Shown piece by piece: positions 53,523-63,212 of a stretch of DNA of 64,000 nucleotides; the first letter of the stretch is position 1, and every line of letters starts with the position of its first letter. This stretch comes from a virus. Taxonomy: Duplodnaviria; Heunggongvirae; Uroviricota; Caudoviricetes. The translations under genes and the position numbers were made by a program. The notes beneath the pieces were generated by a model. That model was not told the origin of the DNA. It searched no databases and saw nothing but the letters and a program-made list of their open reading frames with translations. Location: IMG/VR virus record IMGVR_UViG_3300043399_000676. One strand, written 5' to 3'.

Positions 53523-53882
53523 GTGAATCAAACGGAGCGTCAGATGGAAAAAGAACTGAATCAGTATCTGGAAGCGATTCGTAATGACTATCGTGCGTGG
53601 CAGTCGCGGTGCAACGTTGGCACTGGTCTTGACATTGACCGCAAGATCCGTGACAAGATGACCGAAGAATTCTGCGAGAGCCTCTCCTTCAAGGAAGGTG
53701 GCAAGTACATCAAGGTCATCCGCGAGTCCAGCGTTCACTCGTTCATCGTCAAGGAAGACGGTGGCAAGTTCAAAAAAGGTGACATTCTCAAGGCTGCTTC
53801 TTGGAATGCTCCTGCCCGCAACTTCGCCCGCGGGAACATTCTGAAGGGCGGTTACAAAATTTCTTGGACTGGTGCAGTCTAA
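53523..53882 (+). CDS. hypothetical protein
   Basis: RBS ACGGAG. Confidence 0.45.
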   Translation: MNQTERQMEKELNQYLEAIRNDYRAWQSRCNVGTGLDIDRKIRDKMTEEFCESLSFKEGGKYIKVIRESSVHSFIVKEDGGKFKKGDILKAASWNAPARNFARGNILKGGYKISWTGAV

Positions 53883-53884
53883 GG

Positions 53885-53913
53885 TTGACAAAAATCTCAG
53901 GCTAGTATATACT
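53885..53913 (+). promoter_or_regulatory. sigma70 promoter (TTGACA-17-TATACT)
   Basis: Consensus hexamers. Confidence 0.55.
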
Positions 53914-53949
53914 AGCATCTCTTAGTTAATCACTTCAAAGGAAAAGCAA

Positions 53950-55047
53950 ATGGCTCAAGTTAGCGATCATATCACTGTCACTTCGATTCAAGCCAAGAAG
54001 GCTCTCAACAAAGCTATCCGCGTTCAGCGCCCGGTCGTTCTCTGGGGTCCCCCGGGAATTGGCAAGTCGGATGTCGTTCAGCAAATTGCTGATGACCTCG
54101 GCGGTGTCCTGATCGACGTTCGTCTCTCGCAGTGCGAGCCGACTGACATTCGTGGTATTCCGTTCTACAATAAGGACCTCGGCAAGATGGACTGGGCTCC
54201 CCCGGTCGAGCTTCCCGACGAGGAGTTCGCTTCGCAGTATCCGGCTGTGATTCTGTTCCTCGATGAAATCAACGGTGCTGCGCCCGCTGTTCAGGCTGCT
54301 GCTTACCAGCTGATTCTCAATCGTCGTATCGGCAAGTACGTTCTTCCGAAGAACGTGTCTATCGTCGCTGCGGGTAACCGCGACTCTGACAAAGGCGTGA
54401 CGTATCGCATGCCGATGCCCCTCGCTAATCGTTTCATTCACTTGGAAATGCGTCCTGACTTCACTAGCTGGCAACAGTGGGCCGTCAACAAAGGCATTCA
54501 CAAGGACGTGGTTGGTTATCTGTCGTTCGCCAAGCAGGATCTGTACGATTTCGATGCCCGCTCGTCGTCGCGTTCGTTCGCTACTCCGCGTTCGTGGTCG
54601 TTCGTTTCGGATCTGCTGAAAGACGAGGATATCGATACTGATACCCTGTTCAATCTGGTCGCTGGTACTGTCGGCGAAGGTCTCGCTACGAAATTCGCTG
54701 CTCACCGCAAGGTGGCTGGCAAGATGCCCGAACCGAGTGATATTCTCTCGGGTAAGGTCAAGGACCTCGCAGTCAAGGAAGTGTCCGCAATGTACTCGCT
54801 GACGATCTCCATGTGCTACGAACTGCGTGATGCTATCGAGAATAAAAAGGTCAAAAGCAAAGAGTTCCACGAAATGGCTGATAACTTCTTCAGCTTCATG
54901 ATGGATAACTTCGAAACGGAGCTCGTGGTTATGGGCGCTCGTATCGCTCTCAAGACCCACGAACTTCCGATCGAGCCCTCGCAGTTGAAAAACTTCGATG
55001 CCTTCTACAAAAAGTTCGGCAAGTACATCATCGCTAGCAACGAATAA
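53950..55047 (+). CDS. MoxR/CobS-like AAA+ ATPase
   Basis: Walker A WGPPGIGKSD, Walker B ILFLDEIN; about 365 aa, as in phage CobS-like proteins. Confidence 0.7.
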   Translation: MAQVSDHITVTSIQAKKALNKAIRVQRPVVLWGPPGIGKSDVVQQIADDLGGVLIDVRLSQCEPTDIRGIPFYNKDLGKMDWAPPVELPDEEFASQYPAVILFLDEINGAAPAVQAAAYQLILNRRIGKYVLPKNVSIVAAGNRDSDKGVTYRMPMPLANRFIHLEMRPDFTSWQQWAVNKGIHKDVVGYLSFAKQDLYDFDARSSSRSFATPRSWSFVSDLLKDEDIDTDTLFNLVAGTVGEGLATKFAAHRKVAGKMPEPSDILSGKVKDLAVKEVSAMYSLTISMCYELRDAIENKKVKSKEFHEMADNFFSFMMDNFETELVVMGARIALKTHELPIEPSQLKNFDAFYKKFGKYIIASNE

Positions 55048-55056
55048 TTGCTAGAT

Positions 55057-55089
55057 AAAAAGGGGAGTTTTCTCCCCTTTTTATTTTTG
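55057..55089 (+). terminator. rho-independent terminator
   Basis: AAAAGGGGAG-tttt-CTCCCCTTTT followed by a T run. Confidence 0.7.
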
Positions 55090-55118
55090 TTGACAAAAAA
55101 TCCAAGGTTTGCTATAAT
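55090..55118 (+). promoter_or_regulatory. sigma70 promoter (TTGACA-17-TATAAT)
   Basis: Immediately after the terminator. Confidence 0.55.
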
Positions 55119-55144
55119 TATAAAATCAACTTAAGGAGTTTTAC

Positions 55145-56422
55145 ATGGCGAACACCGCAGTCAAGAACAAAGATCGTAACACCAGTCTCGACAACCTCGT
55201 TGGTTCGACCGACGCTAAAATCGACGCTCAAGCCCGTGAGCGTATCGTTACTTCCCGAATTGGTCTGCTGCTGAAACATTCCTTTTTCGGCAATCTGGCT
55301 ACTCGTCTGCAACTCGTTAACGCGGATGAGTGGCTCCCCACTGCTGCGGTCGACGGTATTCGCTTCTATTACAACAGTCGGTTTGTGATGAAACTCAAGC
55401 CCAAGGAAGTCGATTTCCTGGTTGCTCATGAGATTCTTCACCTGGTCTACGATCACCTTGATCGTCGTCAGAATCGTGATCCGCAGATGTACAACATCGC
55501 CTGCGACTACGCGGTCAATGCTGACCTGAAACGTCAACGTATTGGTCAATTCATTACGACTGTTCCGTGTCTGTACGAGCCCAAATACGACGGTAAGGCT
55601 TCTGAGGAAATTTACGATGACCTCATGAAGAATGTTCAGAAACTCGACCTCGATCAACTGCTTGACCAAATGATCGATCAACACCTCGACGGTGATGATG
55701 GTGATGGTGACGGCGATGAAACTGACGGCGAAGGCAAACCGAAAAAAGGTCCTGCTAAGATGTCGGATGCTGAACGTGAGCAGGCCCGTCAGGAAATGAA
55801 GCAGGCAATCATCTCGGCTGCTCAGTCTGCCGAGGCTGGTTCGCTTCCGCGGGGCGTCGAGCGTATGATCAAGGATCTGACTAGCCCGGTCATGCCCTGG
55901 CGTGATCTTATTCAGGTCAATCTGACTTCTGCTATTCGCAACGACTATAGCTGGATGCGTCCTTCTCGTCGTGGCTGGCACATGGATGCGGTGATGCCTG
56001 GTATGACTCCCGGCGAGGAAATCGATGTTGCTGTGGCAATCGATATGTCCGGTTCTATCTCTGACAAACAGGCTAAGGCATTCCTTAGCGAGGTCGTCGG
56101 AATGATTGAATCGTTCGATGGTTTCAAACTGCATATCTTCTGCTTTGACACTAACGTGTACAATGCTCAGGATTTCAGTAGCGATAACCTCGATTCTGTC
56201 GAAACTTACGAACCGAAAGGTGGCGGTGGTACTGATTTCACTGCGATTTATACGCACCTCAAGGACAACGATAACGTTCCGAAACGTCTGATTGTCTTTA
56301 CTGATGGTCTTCCGTATGGTTCGTGGGGCGATCCTGACTACTGCGACGTTACGTGGATCATCCATGGTAGCAAGGATATCACTCCCCCGTTTGGTCAGTG
56401 GGCCTATTTCGATGACAAATAA
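55145..56422 (+). CDS. VWA-domain protein (CobT-like partner of the AAA+ ATPase)
   Basis: MIDAS motif AIDMSGSISD; acidic DGDDGDGDGDETDGEG linker; 425 aa. Confidence 0.65.
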   Translation: MANTAVKNKDRNTSLDNLVGSTDAKIDAQARERIVTSRIGLLLKHSFFGNLATRLQLVNADEWLPTAAVDGIRFYYNSRFVMKLKPKEVDFLVAHEILHLVYDHLDRRQNRDPQMYNIACDYAVNADLKRQRIGQFITTVPCLYEPKYDGKASEEIYDDLMKNVQKLDLDQLLDQMIDQHLDGDDGDGDGDETDGEGKPKKGPAKMSDAEREQARQEMKQAIISAAQSAEAGSLPRGVERMIKDLTSPVMPWRDLIQVNLTSAIRNDYSWMRPSRRGWHMDAVMPGMTPGEEIDVAVAIDMSGSISDKQAKAFLSEVVGMIESFDGFKLHIFCFDTNVYNAQDFSSDNLDSVETYEPKGGGGTDFTAIYTHLKDNDNVPKRLIVFTDGLPYGSWGDPDYCDVTWIIHGSKDITPPFGQWAYFDDK

Positions 56423-56432
56423 GTATTTGGCA

Positions 56433-56744
56433 ATGTGGTGTTCGGAGGGGCTAGAATGCCTCTTCAACATCACTGAGTGGGAAAAGAAAAGGGTGTGGAG
56501 TACGATAAAAGATGAGAAACAACCTCAAGCTCCTAACCTGCAAATGCTAATAATCAGAGCAAGGATGAACACTCAACGAAGGTACGAAATCTACGTCTTT
56601 AACGCTGATGAAAGTCTGAGTGAATACGATATTGGAAAAGCCTTTAAGGAAGATCCTCAGTATCTGGTAGACTTTATTCGACAACATGGAGAAAAGTTGT
56701 ACAGTGACTATTCCCCAAACACTGGTAGACAAGTAATCACTTAA
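56433..56744 (+). CDS. hypothetical protein
   Basis: ATG at 56433 after the VWA stop. Confidence 0.35.
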   Translation: MWCSEGLECLFNITEWEKKRVWSTIKDEKQPQAPNLQMLIIRARMNTQRRYEIYVFNADESLSEYDIGKAFKEDPQYLVDFIRQHGEKLYSDYSPNTGRQVIT

Positions 56745-56747
56745 CTT

Positions 56748-56771
56748 AAGCCCCGCAAGGGGCTTTTTTTT
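56748..56771 (+). terminator. rho-independent terminator
   Basis: AAGCCCC-gcaa-GGGGCTT followed by T8. Confidence 0.7.
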
Positions 56772-56816
56772 CGAAGATATTTTTGTCAGTTAAATATGAG
56801 ATCAAGGAGAAATAAT

Positions 56817-57542
56817 ATGAAATTTTTAAGACATATAGGCAAAGTTGGTGATCGTAAAGTAGCAGTAATTTTTAGGGAAATTCCAGGGGAAGATCATATG
56901 TGCCTGCTTGTTCATACCGAACTACTGAACTCGCATATTCATGATCCATTGATGCAATGCATTGAGTCTGATATTGGACAAAACAGTGAAAACTTGGGCG
57001 ACGCACTTAATCGATCTTTTACAAAAGACGGGAAGATTATTCTTCAAGTACTTCACAAAGAAGGCTTATTGAAAAAGATGCAATCATCACAAGTATTGAT
57101 GACACCTACCCCGACTACAACCATCCGTTTAGATGAACTAAACAAGATCCTAACTGAAATGAAGCAAGGTGAAGAGGCAGTTAAACGCCTAGCTGAACTT
57201 GATCGAGCCGCTGGCATGGGACAACCACCGAGTACTTATGCAAAGCAACTTTATGAAGCTGGTGCTAGGCGAGTTACTGAGCGTCCACAGACACAATCTC
57301 AACCAGCGCAAAGTGTCCAGGCAGGCGTAAATGGTGCGCTAGATGACGCTGCGTTAGCGAATAACCTAAGGGCACAGGCTGAAAGAATGACTAGAGAAGC
57401 AAATGGATTGATGGCTGAAGCAAGTAGATTACTACAAGAGGCAGCGACGATTGCACCTACAGAATCAGTAACACCAGCAACTACACCTGAACCAGTCACA
57501 AAGAAACGAGGTCGTCCCGCAAAAGCAAAGGTCACTGCTTAA
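56817..57542 (+). CDS. hypothetical protein with basic C-terminal tail
   Basis: RBS AAGGAGAAATAAT then ATG; C-terminal KKRGRPAKAK AT-hook-like. Confidence 0.45.
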   Translation: MKFLRHIGKVGDRKVAVIFREIPGEDHMCLLVHTELLNSHIHDPLMQCIESDIGQNSENLGDALNRSFTKDGKIILQVLHKEGLLKKMQSSQVLMTPTPTTTIRLDELNKILTEMKQGEEAVKRLAELDRAAGMGQPPSTYAKQLYEAGARRVTERPQTQSQPAQSVQAGVNGALDDAALANNLRAQAERMTREANGLMAEASRLLQEAATIAPTESVTPATTPEPVTKKRGRPAKAKVTA

Positions 57543-57550
57543 TTTAGATT

Positions 57551-57847
57551 ATGAAAGAAGAACTATACAAGAAATGGGAAGCTGTTCTTGATGGTGTAGA
57601 AAAGAGTCGCATCCCTATTAGATTTGTCAAGAAGTTTGTTTGTAAGTTGGAAGGAAGGAAGCAACATACAATTAACATACAGAATTTACTAAAGCAAGGA
57701 TTAGATCCTGAAGATATCGAAGATATCGTAAATCGTAAAATCGAAGAACTAGATGAGTCTATGGTAAGCTTTGAAATCATTCTCAACATAGATGAAATTG
57801 CTAATGTTGTTCAACCAGAAACTGATAAATTACTCGGGAATCTATGA
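57551..57847 (+). CDS. hypothetical protein
   Basis: Operon context upstream of frd. Confidence 0.4.
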   Translation: MKEELYKKWEAVLDGVEKSRIPIRFVKKFVCKLEGRKQHTINIQNLLKQGLDPEDIEDIVNRKIEELDESMVSFEIILNIDEIANVVQPETDKLLGNL

Positions 57848-58329
57848 AGGCAATTATAGCATGTGACCCAAATGGGGGAATAGGATATAAAGGCAAACTA
57901 CCTTGGGAGAAACTCGACGGCGATCTCCCAAGATTTAAAAAACTGACAATGGGCAAAACTGTTATTATGGGAAGAAATACATGGGATAGCTTGCCATTTA
58001 AACCATTGTCAGGAAGAAGTTCAGTAGTTGTCACTTCAAGACCACTTGACACAGAATATGAAAACGTAATTACAGTACCATCGCTGGAGAACTTCAAAAC
58101 GTATGAGGATGATTGGTTAATAGGTGGAGCTTCACTGTTAGAAAGCAGTTGGGGTTTAGTAGAGGAAGTCCATTTATCTAGAACATTTGCCGAATACACT
58201 TGTGATACTTTCATTGATCTGATAAAGTTCACAGAGAGATACTGGTGCGAGGTAACGTATACCCAATCAGATCACACCTATGAAATTTGGAGAAAAGTAG
58301 ATGAAGCAATACTCGGACTTATTAATTGA
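57844..58329 (+). CDS. frd: dihydrofolate reductase
   Basis: MKAIIACDPNGGIGYKGKLPW…MGRNTWDSLP DHFR signature; directly precedes td as in T4. Confidence 0.85.
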   Translation: MKAIIACDPNGGIGYKGKLPWEKLDGDLPRFKKLTMGKTVIMGRNTWDSLPFKPLSGRSSVVVTSRPLDTEYENVITVPSLENFKTYEDDWLIGGASLLESSWGLVEEVHLSRTFAEYTCDTFIDLIKFTERYWCEVTYTQSDHTYEIWRKVDEAILGLIN

Positions 58330-59200
58330 TATTTTAACTAACGGAGAAGAGAGATCAGATCGCACTGGTGTTGGAACAAAGTCTGTTTTTGGTAGACATC
58401 TAAGATTCGATCTTCGTGAAAGTTTTCCTGCAATAACGACAAAGAAGTTAGCATGGAAAGCTTGCGTCGGTGAACTTCTATGGTTCATTGAAGGAAGTAA
58501 TGATGAACGAAGGCTTGCAGAAATCACACACGGGTCAAGAGAAGGACCAGTAACTATTTGGACACCTAACGCACTTGCCCCGTATTGGAAACATAAGGCA
58601 ACATTCTTAGGGGATCTAGGAAGAGTCTACGGAGTACAATGGCGTCATTTTAATAAGTACACTGAAGTAAAAGACTATGGATCTGCACACGGCGGTGGCG
58701 AAAGATTAGCCGTAAACAAAACTGAAGTAGATCAACTAATTAATTTAGTGAATGGACTGAAAACCAATCCTTACGATAGACGACATATTCTTAGTGCTTG
58801 GAATCCAGGAGAACTAGATCAGATGGCACTTCCCCCTTGTCATGTCCTTGCACAGTTTTACGTTAGTAAGAACAAACAACTAAGTTGTCACATGTATCAA
58901 AGGTCAGTTGATGTATTTTTGGGATTGCCGTTTAACATCGCAAGTTATGCGTTACTGACTCATATGCTAGCACAGGTGTGTGATTATGAAGTAGGGGAGC
59001 TAATTATTAGTACAGGTGACACTCACTTATATTTGAATCATTTGGATCAAGTAAAAGAGCAGCTTACTAGAACTCCGCTGCGCCAACCTGTGCTTTGGTT
59101 AAAACCAAATATAAAAGACATAACTAAATTCACTATAAACGATGTGAAGCTGGTTGGATATGAGTCACATGGCCCACTTACTGCGCCAATGGCTGTTTGA
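58301..59200 (+). CDS. td: thymidylate synthase
   Basis: ThyA active-site block ALPPCHVLAQFYV…; 299 aa. Confidence 0.9.
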   Translation: MKQYSDLLIDILTNGEERSDRTGVGTKSVFGRHLRFDLRESFPAITTKKLAWKACVGELLWFIEGSNDERRLAEITHGSREGPVTIWTPNALAPYWKHKATFLGDLGRVYGVQWRHFNKYTEVKDYGSAHGGGERLAVNKTEVDQLINLVNGLKTNPYDRRHILSAWNPGELDQMALPPCHVLAQFYVSKNKQLSCHMYQRSVDVFLGLPFNIASYALLTHMLAQVCDYEVGELIISTGDTHLYLNHLDQVKEQLTRTPLRQPVLWLKPNIKDITKFTINDVKLVGYESHGPLTAPMAV

Positions 59201-59232
59201 CAAATAAAATTAAATCCTAGATAAATATCAAT

Positions 59233-59742
59233 ATGAATTTTATTTTGAACTTCATTCCAGAAGCCATATTCTATCTAGGTGCTTTTATAGGGATAATAGG
59301 AATTCTGATCAGTGTCCTATTATCCGCTTTCCCCTTCATTCAAAAGTTTCAGTCTGCACTTACCATCGCATTTACTATTTTGTTTGGACTTTCGATATAC
59401 TACATCGGTGGAATAAACCAAAAAGAAATTTGGGAAGCAAAAGTAAAAAACTTAGAAATACAATTAGCTGAGGCAAAAGCAAAAAAAGCTGAAGTCGATA
59501 CAAAAATAGTAACCAAAGTAATAACTAAACGGCAGGTTATCAAAGAGCGTGGAGATGCCATAGTTGAGTACATCGATAGAATACACCCTGTTCCTAATTG
59601 CCCTGTTCCTGAAAAGTTGATAACTGCACATAATGCAGCCGCCAAAAATGAAGCAATTGTGGAAGTTGAAAACAATGTAACTACAACCACGCATGATACT
59701 GCCGCTAAAAAACCTACACTAAAGCTAGTACCTAAGAAATGA
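59233..59742 (+). CDS. membrane protein with periplasmic coiled coil (i-spanin/holin-like)
   Basis: N-terminal transmembrane helices, then coiled coil EAKVKNLEIQLAEAKAKKAEV; ATGA overlap with the downstream lipoprotein. Confidence 0.4.
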   Translation: MNFILNFIPEAIFYLGAFIGIIGILISVLLSAFPFIQKFQSALTIAFTILFGLSIYYIGGINQKEIWEAKVKNLEIQLAEAKAKKAEVDTKIVTKVITKRQVIKERGDAIVEYIDRIHPVPNCPVPEKLITAHNAAAKNEAIVEVENNVTTTTHDTAAKKPTLKLVPKK

Positions 59743-60020
59743 AAAAAGTAATTATCATCGCAGCCTTGGTGTTGACTGGATGCTCAACAACTCTCCCGGT
59801 GAAACAAACTTTTCCTGCGTTGCCAGAAGAGCTTCGAAAACCGTGCGAACCACTCCAAACTGCGGATGACAAGGTCGTTCCTTTAAATGAACTAATAAAG
59901 ATCGTAGTTCGAAACTATATGAAGCGGCATGAGTGTGCTGCTCGATTGGATGCAGTCATTGAATGGCACGATGAGCAAAAGAAAATATTTGATTCCGTAA
60001 ATTCAGGCAAATCCAAGTAG
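59739..60020 (+). CDS. outer-membrane lipoprotein (o-spanin-like)
   Basis: Signal peptide plus lipobox LTGC; 93 aa; overlaps the upstream membrane protein. Confidence 0.45.
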   Translation: MKKVIIIAALVLTGCSTTLPVKQTFPALPEELRKPCEPLQTADDKVVPLNELIKIVVRNYMKRHECAARLDAVIEWHDEQKKIFDSVNSGKSK

Positions 60021-60069
60021 TTTTTTGTTCCGAATATTTGATAAATAACAATACATTCGGAACAAAAAT

Positions 60070-61107
60070 ATGGCCCAAGAAATAATCAACACCGGTGCAT
60101 TGCCAAACGACGGAGAAGGTGATCCTCTCCGTGTTGCGTTTACAAAAATAAACAACAACTTTTCTGAACTATTCAGTGAGTCATCATCTGAAGGGTCGAA
60201 CGGGGCTATACAATATAATCTCGTTACAGTAGGATATGGAGCAACAGCACATTCAGTAATAACTGGTGGAGTTGTTACCGACATAGTTATTGACCTAGTA
60301 GGTTCTGGTTATAAATCACTTAATCCTCCTTCTGTTAGTATAACTCCTGCGTCGGGAGACACAACAGGGTCAGGAGCTACAGCAATCGCTGAAGTTACGG
60401 ATGATTACGTTTCTTCTATTTTAATTACCAATGGAGGCAATAGTTATACGTTGCCACCAATAGTAACACTATCCCAGACGTTTGATAACGAATTGAAAGG
60501 TAGTGAGGATTTAGTCTATAACTTGGAAGAGCATTCTATAACAATGGGAGCAAACTTATTAGTATTCACTAATAATACATACCAAATAGGTGATACTCAC
60601 AATAGAATAAAACAAATCTTTCTTAATCAAGCAGGCGCAACTATAGGTAATGTTTCAGTATCAGAAACAGGGAATACGCTTTACTTTCAAGTAAGTGCTA
60701 ATACGCAGGTTAAGTCAGACATTGTAGTATCAAATATCACCGCACAAAATATCACCGCTGCTTCTATAAATAGTGGAAATGTTTCAGTTTCTGACAAGGT
60801 AACTATTACTATTGATAATGATCCTAATCAATCTATCTTAGAAATACCCGTAAGTGATTTTAGTTATGGTAAATTTATGGTATCATCTAGACAGGCTAAT
60901 TCTCAATTTTATCAATCTGCAACAGTAGACGGAACAAAGAGTTCAGATGGATCATCAGTAAAGTATATGGTTTATGGAACTATATTCAATGGAACAGTTG
61001 TTAACTCGTATGATATGGACATCTTTAATGGGAACGTTAGATTGCTAGTTTCTCCTCAACCAAACGAAGTGGTTACGCATAAAGTAAGTTATCAAATAAC
61101 TAAATAA
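60070..61107 (+). CDS. tail-fibre-like structural protein
   Basis: N-terminal ALPNDGEGDPLRVAFTKINNNFSELF motif seen in phage fibre proteins; S/T/N/G-rich body. Confidence 0.4.
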   Translation: MAQEIINTGALPNDGEGDPLRVAFTKINNNFSELFSESSSEGSNGAIQYNLVTVGYGATAHSVITGGVVTDIVIDLVGSGYKSLNPPSVSITPASGDTTGSGATAIAEVTDDYVSSILITNGGNSYTLPPIVTLSQTFDNELKGSEDLVYNLEEHSITMGANLLVFTNNTYQIGDTHNRIKQIFLNQAGATIGNVSVSETGNTLYFQVSANTQVKSDIVVSNITAQNITAASINSGNVSVSDKVTITIDNDPNQSILEIPVSDFSYGKFMVSSRQANSQFYQSATVDGTKSSDGSSVKYMVYGTIFNGTVVNSYDMDIFNGNVRLLVSPQPNEVVTHKVSYQITK

Positions 61108-61118
61108 TCGAGAAAAGA

Positions 61119-61493
61119 ATGAGAGCCAGAGAATTCATAAGAGAAACGACAGAAGGTCATTTATCTAAAAGACAGCAAAATCCTACCGTAGGACTTAACA
61201 CTTTTTCTGACGGGGAACGTTGGAATACTGATTATGTAGCATATAGGTTAGGGGTCGCTGTAGCTAGTACTGACGGAAAAACTGAACCAAACGTTGACGG
61301 GAAAAGTTGGGTAGGAAAACGAAAGACTGCACATCCATATACTAAAGAAGAACAAGCAATGCTGAAGAAAGCTTATAAAGCAGTCGGAGCAGATTATGAA
61401 GATTTAAACCACGGAGACATGAAGAGTAAGGAATTAGATTCCACTAATAAAACAAGTCCAGTGTTAGGGTTCAAAGGGTTTAAAAATAAATGA
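61119..61493 (+). CDS. hypothetical basic protein
   Basis: 124-aa ORF. Confidence 0.4.
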   Translation: MRAREFIRETTEGHLSKRQQNPTVGLNTFSDGERWNTDYVAYRLGVAVASTDGKTEPNVDGKSWVGKRKTAHPYTKEEQAMLKKAYKAVGADYEDLNHGDMKSKELDSTNKTSPVLGFKGFKNK

Positions 61494-61540
61494 CGACCTA
61501 TAAATTTGAATAAGTAACTCTATATTTTACGGAAAGTAAT

Positions 61541-62233
61541 ATGATAGACATAAACAAAACACTAGATGTAGTCAAACTTAGATTTTATCAAGAATGGTTG
61601 TATTCTACTCATCTATACGATGAAGGCGAATCACAATTTCATCAATCGTTAACCGGGGAAGTTGTTAGAAGATATGTTGACCCACTAGAATTACCTAAGG
61701 ACAGTAGAATCTTAGACCTGGGATGCGGCCCAGGATACTTCTTAGATGAGATGAAAGCACGTGGATACAGTAATCTATTAGGGGTCACTCTTAGTGCATC
61801 CGACATAGAACTTTGCAAAAGTAAAGGTCATTCAGTGCAAGACTATGACATTACCTTCTTACCACAAAGCGCAGGGTTCACGGATGAAAGTGTTGACTTT
61901 ATCTTTTTGCGTCATGCATTAGAACATAGCCCTTATCCAATCTTTAGTTTAATGGAATATAATAGACTTCTGAAAAATAAAGCTAAAATTTATATTGAAG
62001 TCCCTGCCCCTGATTGTGATAGGAAACATGAGTTTAACTCCAACCACTATAGCATCTTAGGTAGCACTCAACTATCAGCGTTATTAGATAGAACCGGGTT
62101 TACTGTTGATTCATTTAACAAAATGGAATTCGATGTTTCTTTGAAAGAAGACGATGGTACTTCCAAGCAAAATCTAAGAGAAGTATACTATTGCGTTATT
62201 GCAACAAAAAATAGACCATTGGATATAAAATGA
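61541..62233 (+). CDS. SAM-dependent methyltransferase
   Basis: Motif I ILDLGCGPGYF; Rossmann-fold spacing. Confidence 0.65.
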   Translation: MIDINKTLDVVKLRFYQEWLYSTHLYDEGESQFHQSLTGEVVRRYVDPLELPKDSRILDLGCGPGYFLDEMKARGYSNLLGVTLSASDIELCKSKGHSVQDYDITFLPQSAGFTDESVDFIFLRHALEHSPYPIFSLMEYNRLLKNKAKIYIEVPAPDCDRKHEFNSNHYSILGSTQLSALLDRTGFTVDSFNKMEFDVSLKEDDGTSKQNLREVYYCVIATKNRPLDIK

Positions 62234-62511
62234 CTTTTGACGCCTGGAAACAAGCTGCGATTCAGAATAGTTTCCAGCGAATAAAAGAAAATAAAATTGC
62301 TTCGATTGAACCTGTCGAAGATTTAGCTGAACTCAAAGCATTGGCAGGGATCAAAGACAAAACTAACATTTCGGGTGAGTTGTCTGTAATCAATCATAAC
62401 GAAAAGGCTGAACTTATGCGAAAGCATAATATTCAGCCTGGAACACCAGAATGGTTCAAACTTTGGTTTTCAAAACCGTATTTAACAGGAGAGAAACCAA
62501 TTAAAGACTAA
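62230..62511 (+). CDS. hypothetical protein
   Basis: ATGA overlap. Confidence 0.4.
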   Translation: MTFDAWKQAAIQNSFQRIKENKIASIEPVEDLAELKALAGIKDKTNISGELSVINHNEKAELMRKHNIQPGTPEWFKLWFSKPYLTGEKPIKD

Positions 62512-62522
62512 ATACTAGTACT

Positions 62523-62792
62523 ATGAGAGCTACCGATTTTATCAGAGACCTGTTGGACATTATCGACAGGATTGACTGCCAACTTACCGATGATGTAATT
62601 GATGTTGAAGTAGATGTCGTTCAAGACGTTGAAGAGCTACCGTTTTCAAACACCCCTGATGAAATGTATGCGGACATTGGAAAAGTAACGGTAGATGCAG
62701 GCGGAGGAGTTAACGGTCCTAAACACCCAGCAGACATACGAGCAGATAGCGTGGCAATGTACCCCCACCTAGCTTACCGAGGTAAATCGTAA
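62523..62792 (+). CDS. hypothetical acidic protein
   Basis: ATG at 62523 preceded by purine-rich CTAGTACT spacer. Confidence 0.4.
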   Translation: MRATDFIRDLLDIIDRIDCQLTDDVIDVEVDVVQDVEELPFSNTPDEMYADIGKVTVDAGGGVNGPKHPADIRADSVAMYPHLAYRGKS

Positions 62793-63211
62793 TGGCAAAT
62801 ATTACCATTCAAGTTCAGAGTATGCTTAATACTGCGACATACGATTCATATACGGTTTCGGATGCAATCACAGTCTCAACTCTTAAAACAACTATTCAAG
62901 CAGCAACTGGGTTCAACCCTTCTTGGTTCAATTTGTATTTTCAATACGAAACCCTTAGCGATACTGATGTGCTTGCCACTAAAGGTATCGTGAATGGATC
63001 AGTTATCAGAACAATAAACGTAATTCGTTCTCTATCTTCCAAAGAAGATCGTCAAAAAGCTAAACTTGCTCTAGCAGCACTCGACAGAACTGCCTCAGGA
63101 AATCCACGAGATAGTTTTGATATCACTGAGTTGCCCACTCAATATAGTGGTAATACTGTAGTAGATAACCCAAACGTAGGCGGGTTGGTAGAAGGTAGAC
63201 CTTGGAACTGA
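62792..63211 (+). CDS. hypothetical protein with possible N-terminal ubiquitin-like β-grasp domain
   Basis: TVSTLKTTIQAATGFNPSWFNLYFQYETLSDTDVLATKGIVNGSVI resembles ubiquitin-fold spacing. Confidence 0.35.
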   Translation: MANITIQVQSMLNTATYDSYTVSDAITVSTLKTTIQAATGFNPSWFNLYFQYETLSDTDVLATKGIVNGSVIRTINVIRSLSSKEDRQKAKLALAALDRTASGNPRDSFDITELPTQYSGNTVVDNPNVGGLVEGRPWN

Positions 63212-63212
63212 T

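Noticed and set aside
53935-54960. 341-aa − strand ORF
   Set aside because: Antisense to the CobS-like AAA+ gene, whose Walker A and B motifs are on the + strand. Shadow ORF.
55118-56473. 451-aa − strand ORF
   Set aside because: Antisense to the VWA gene, whose + strand has MIDAS motifs and a promoter. Shadow ORF.
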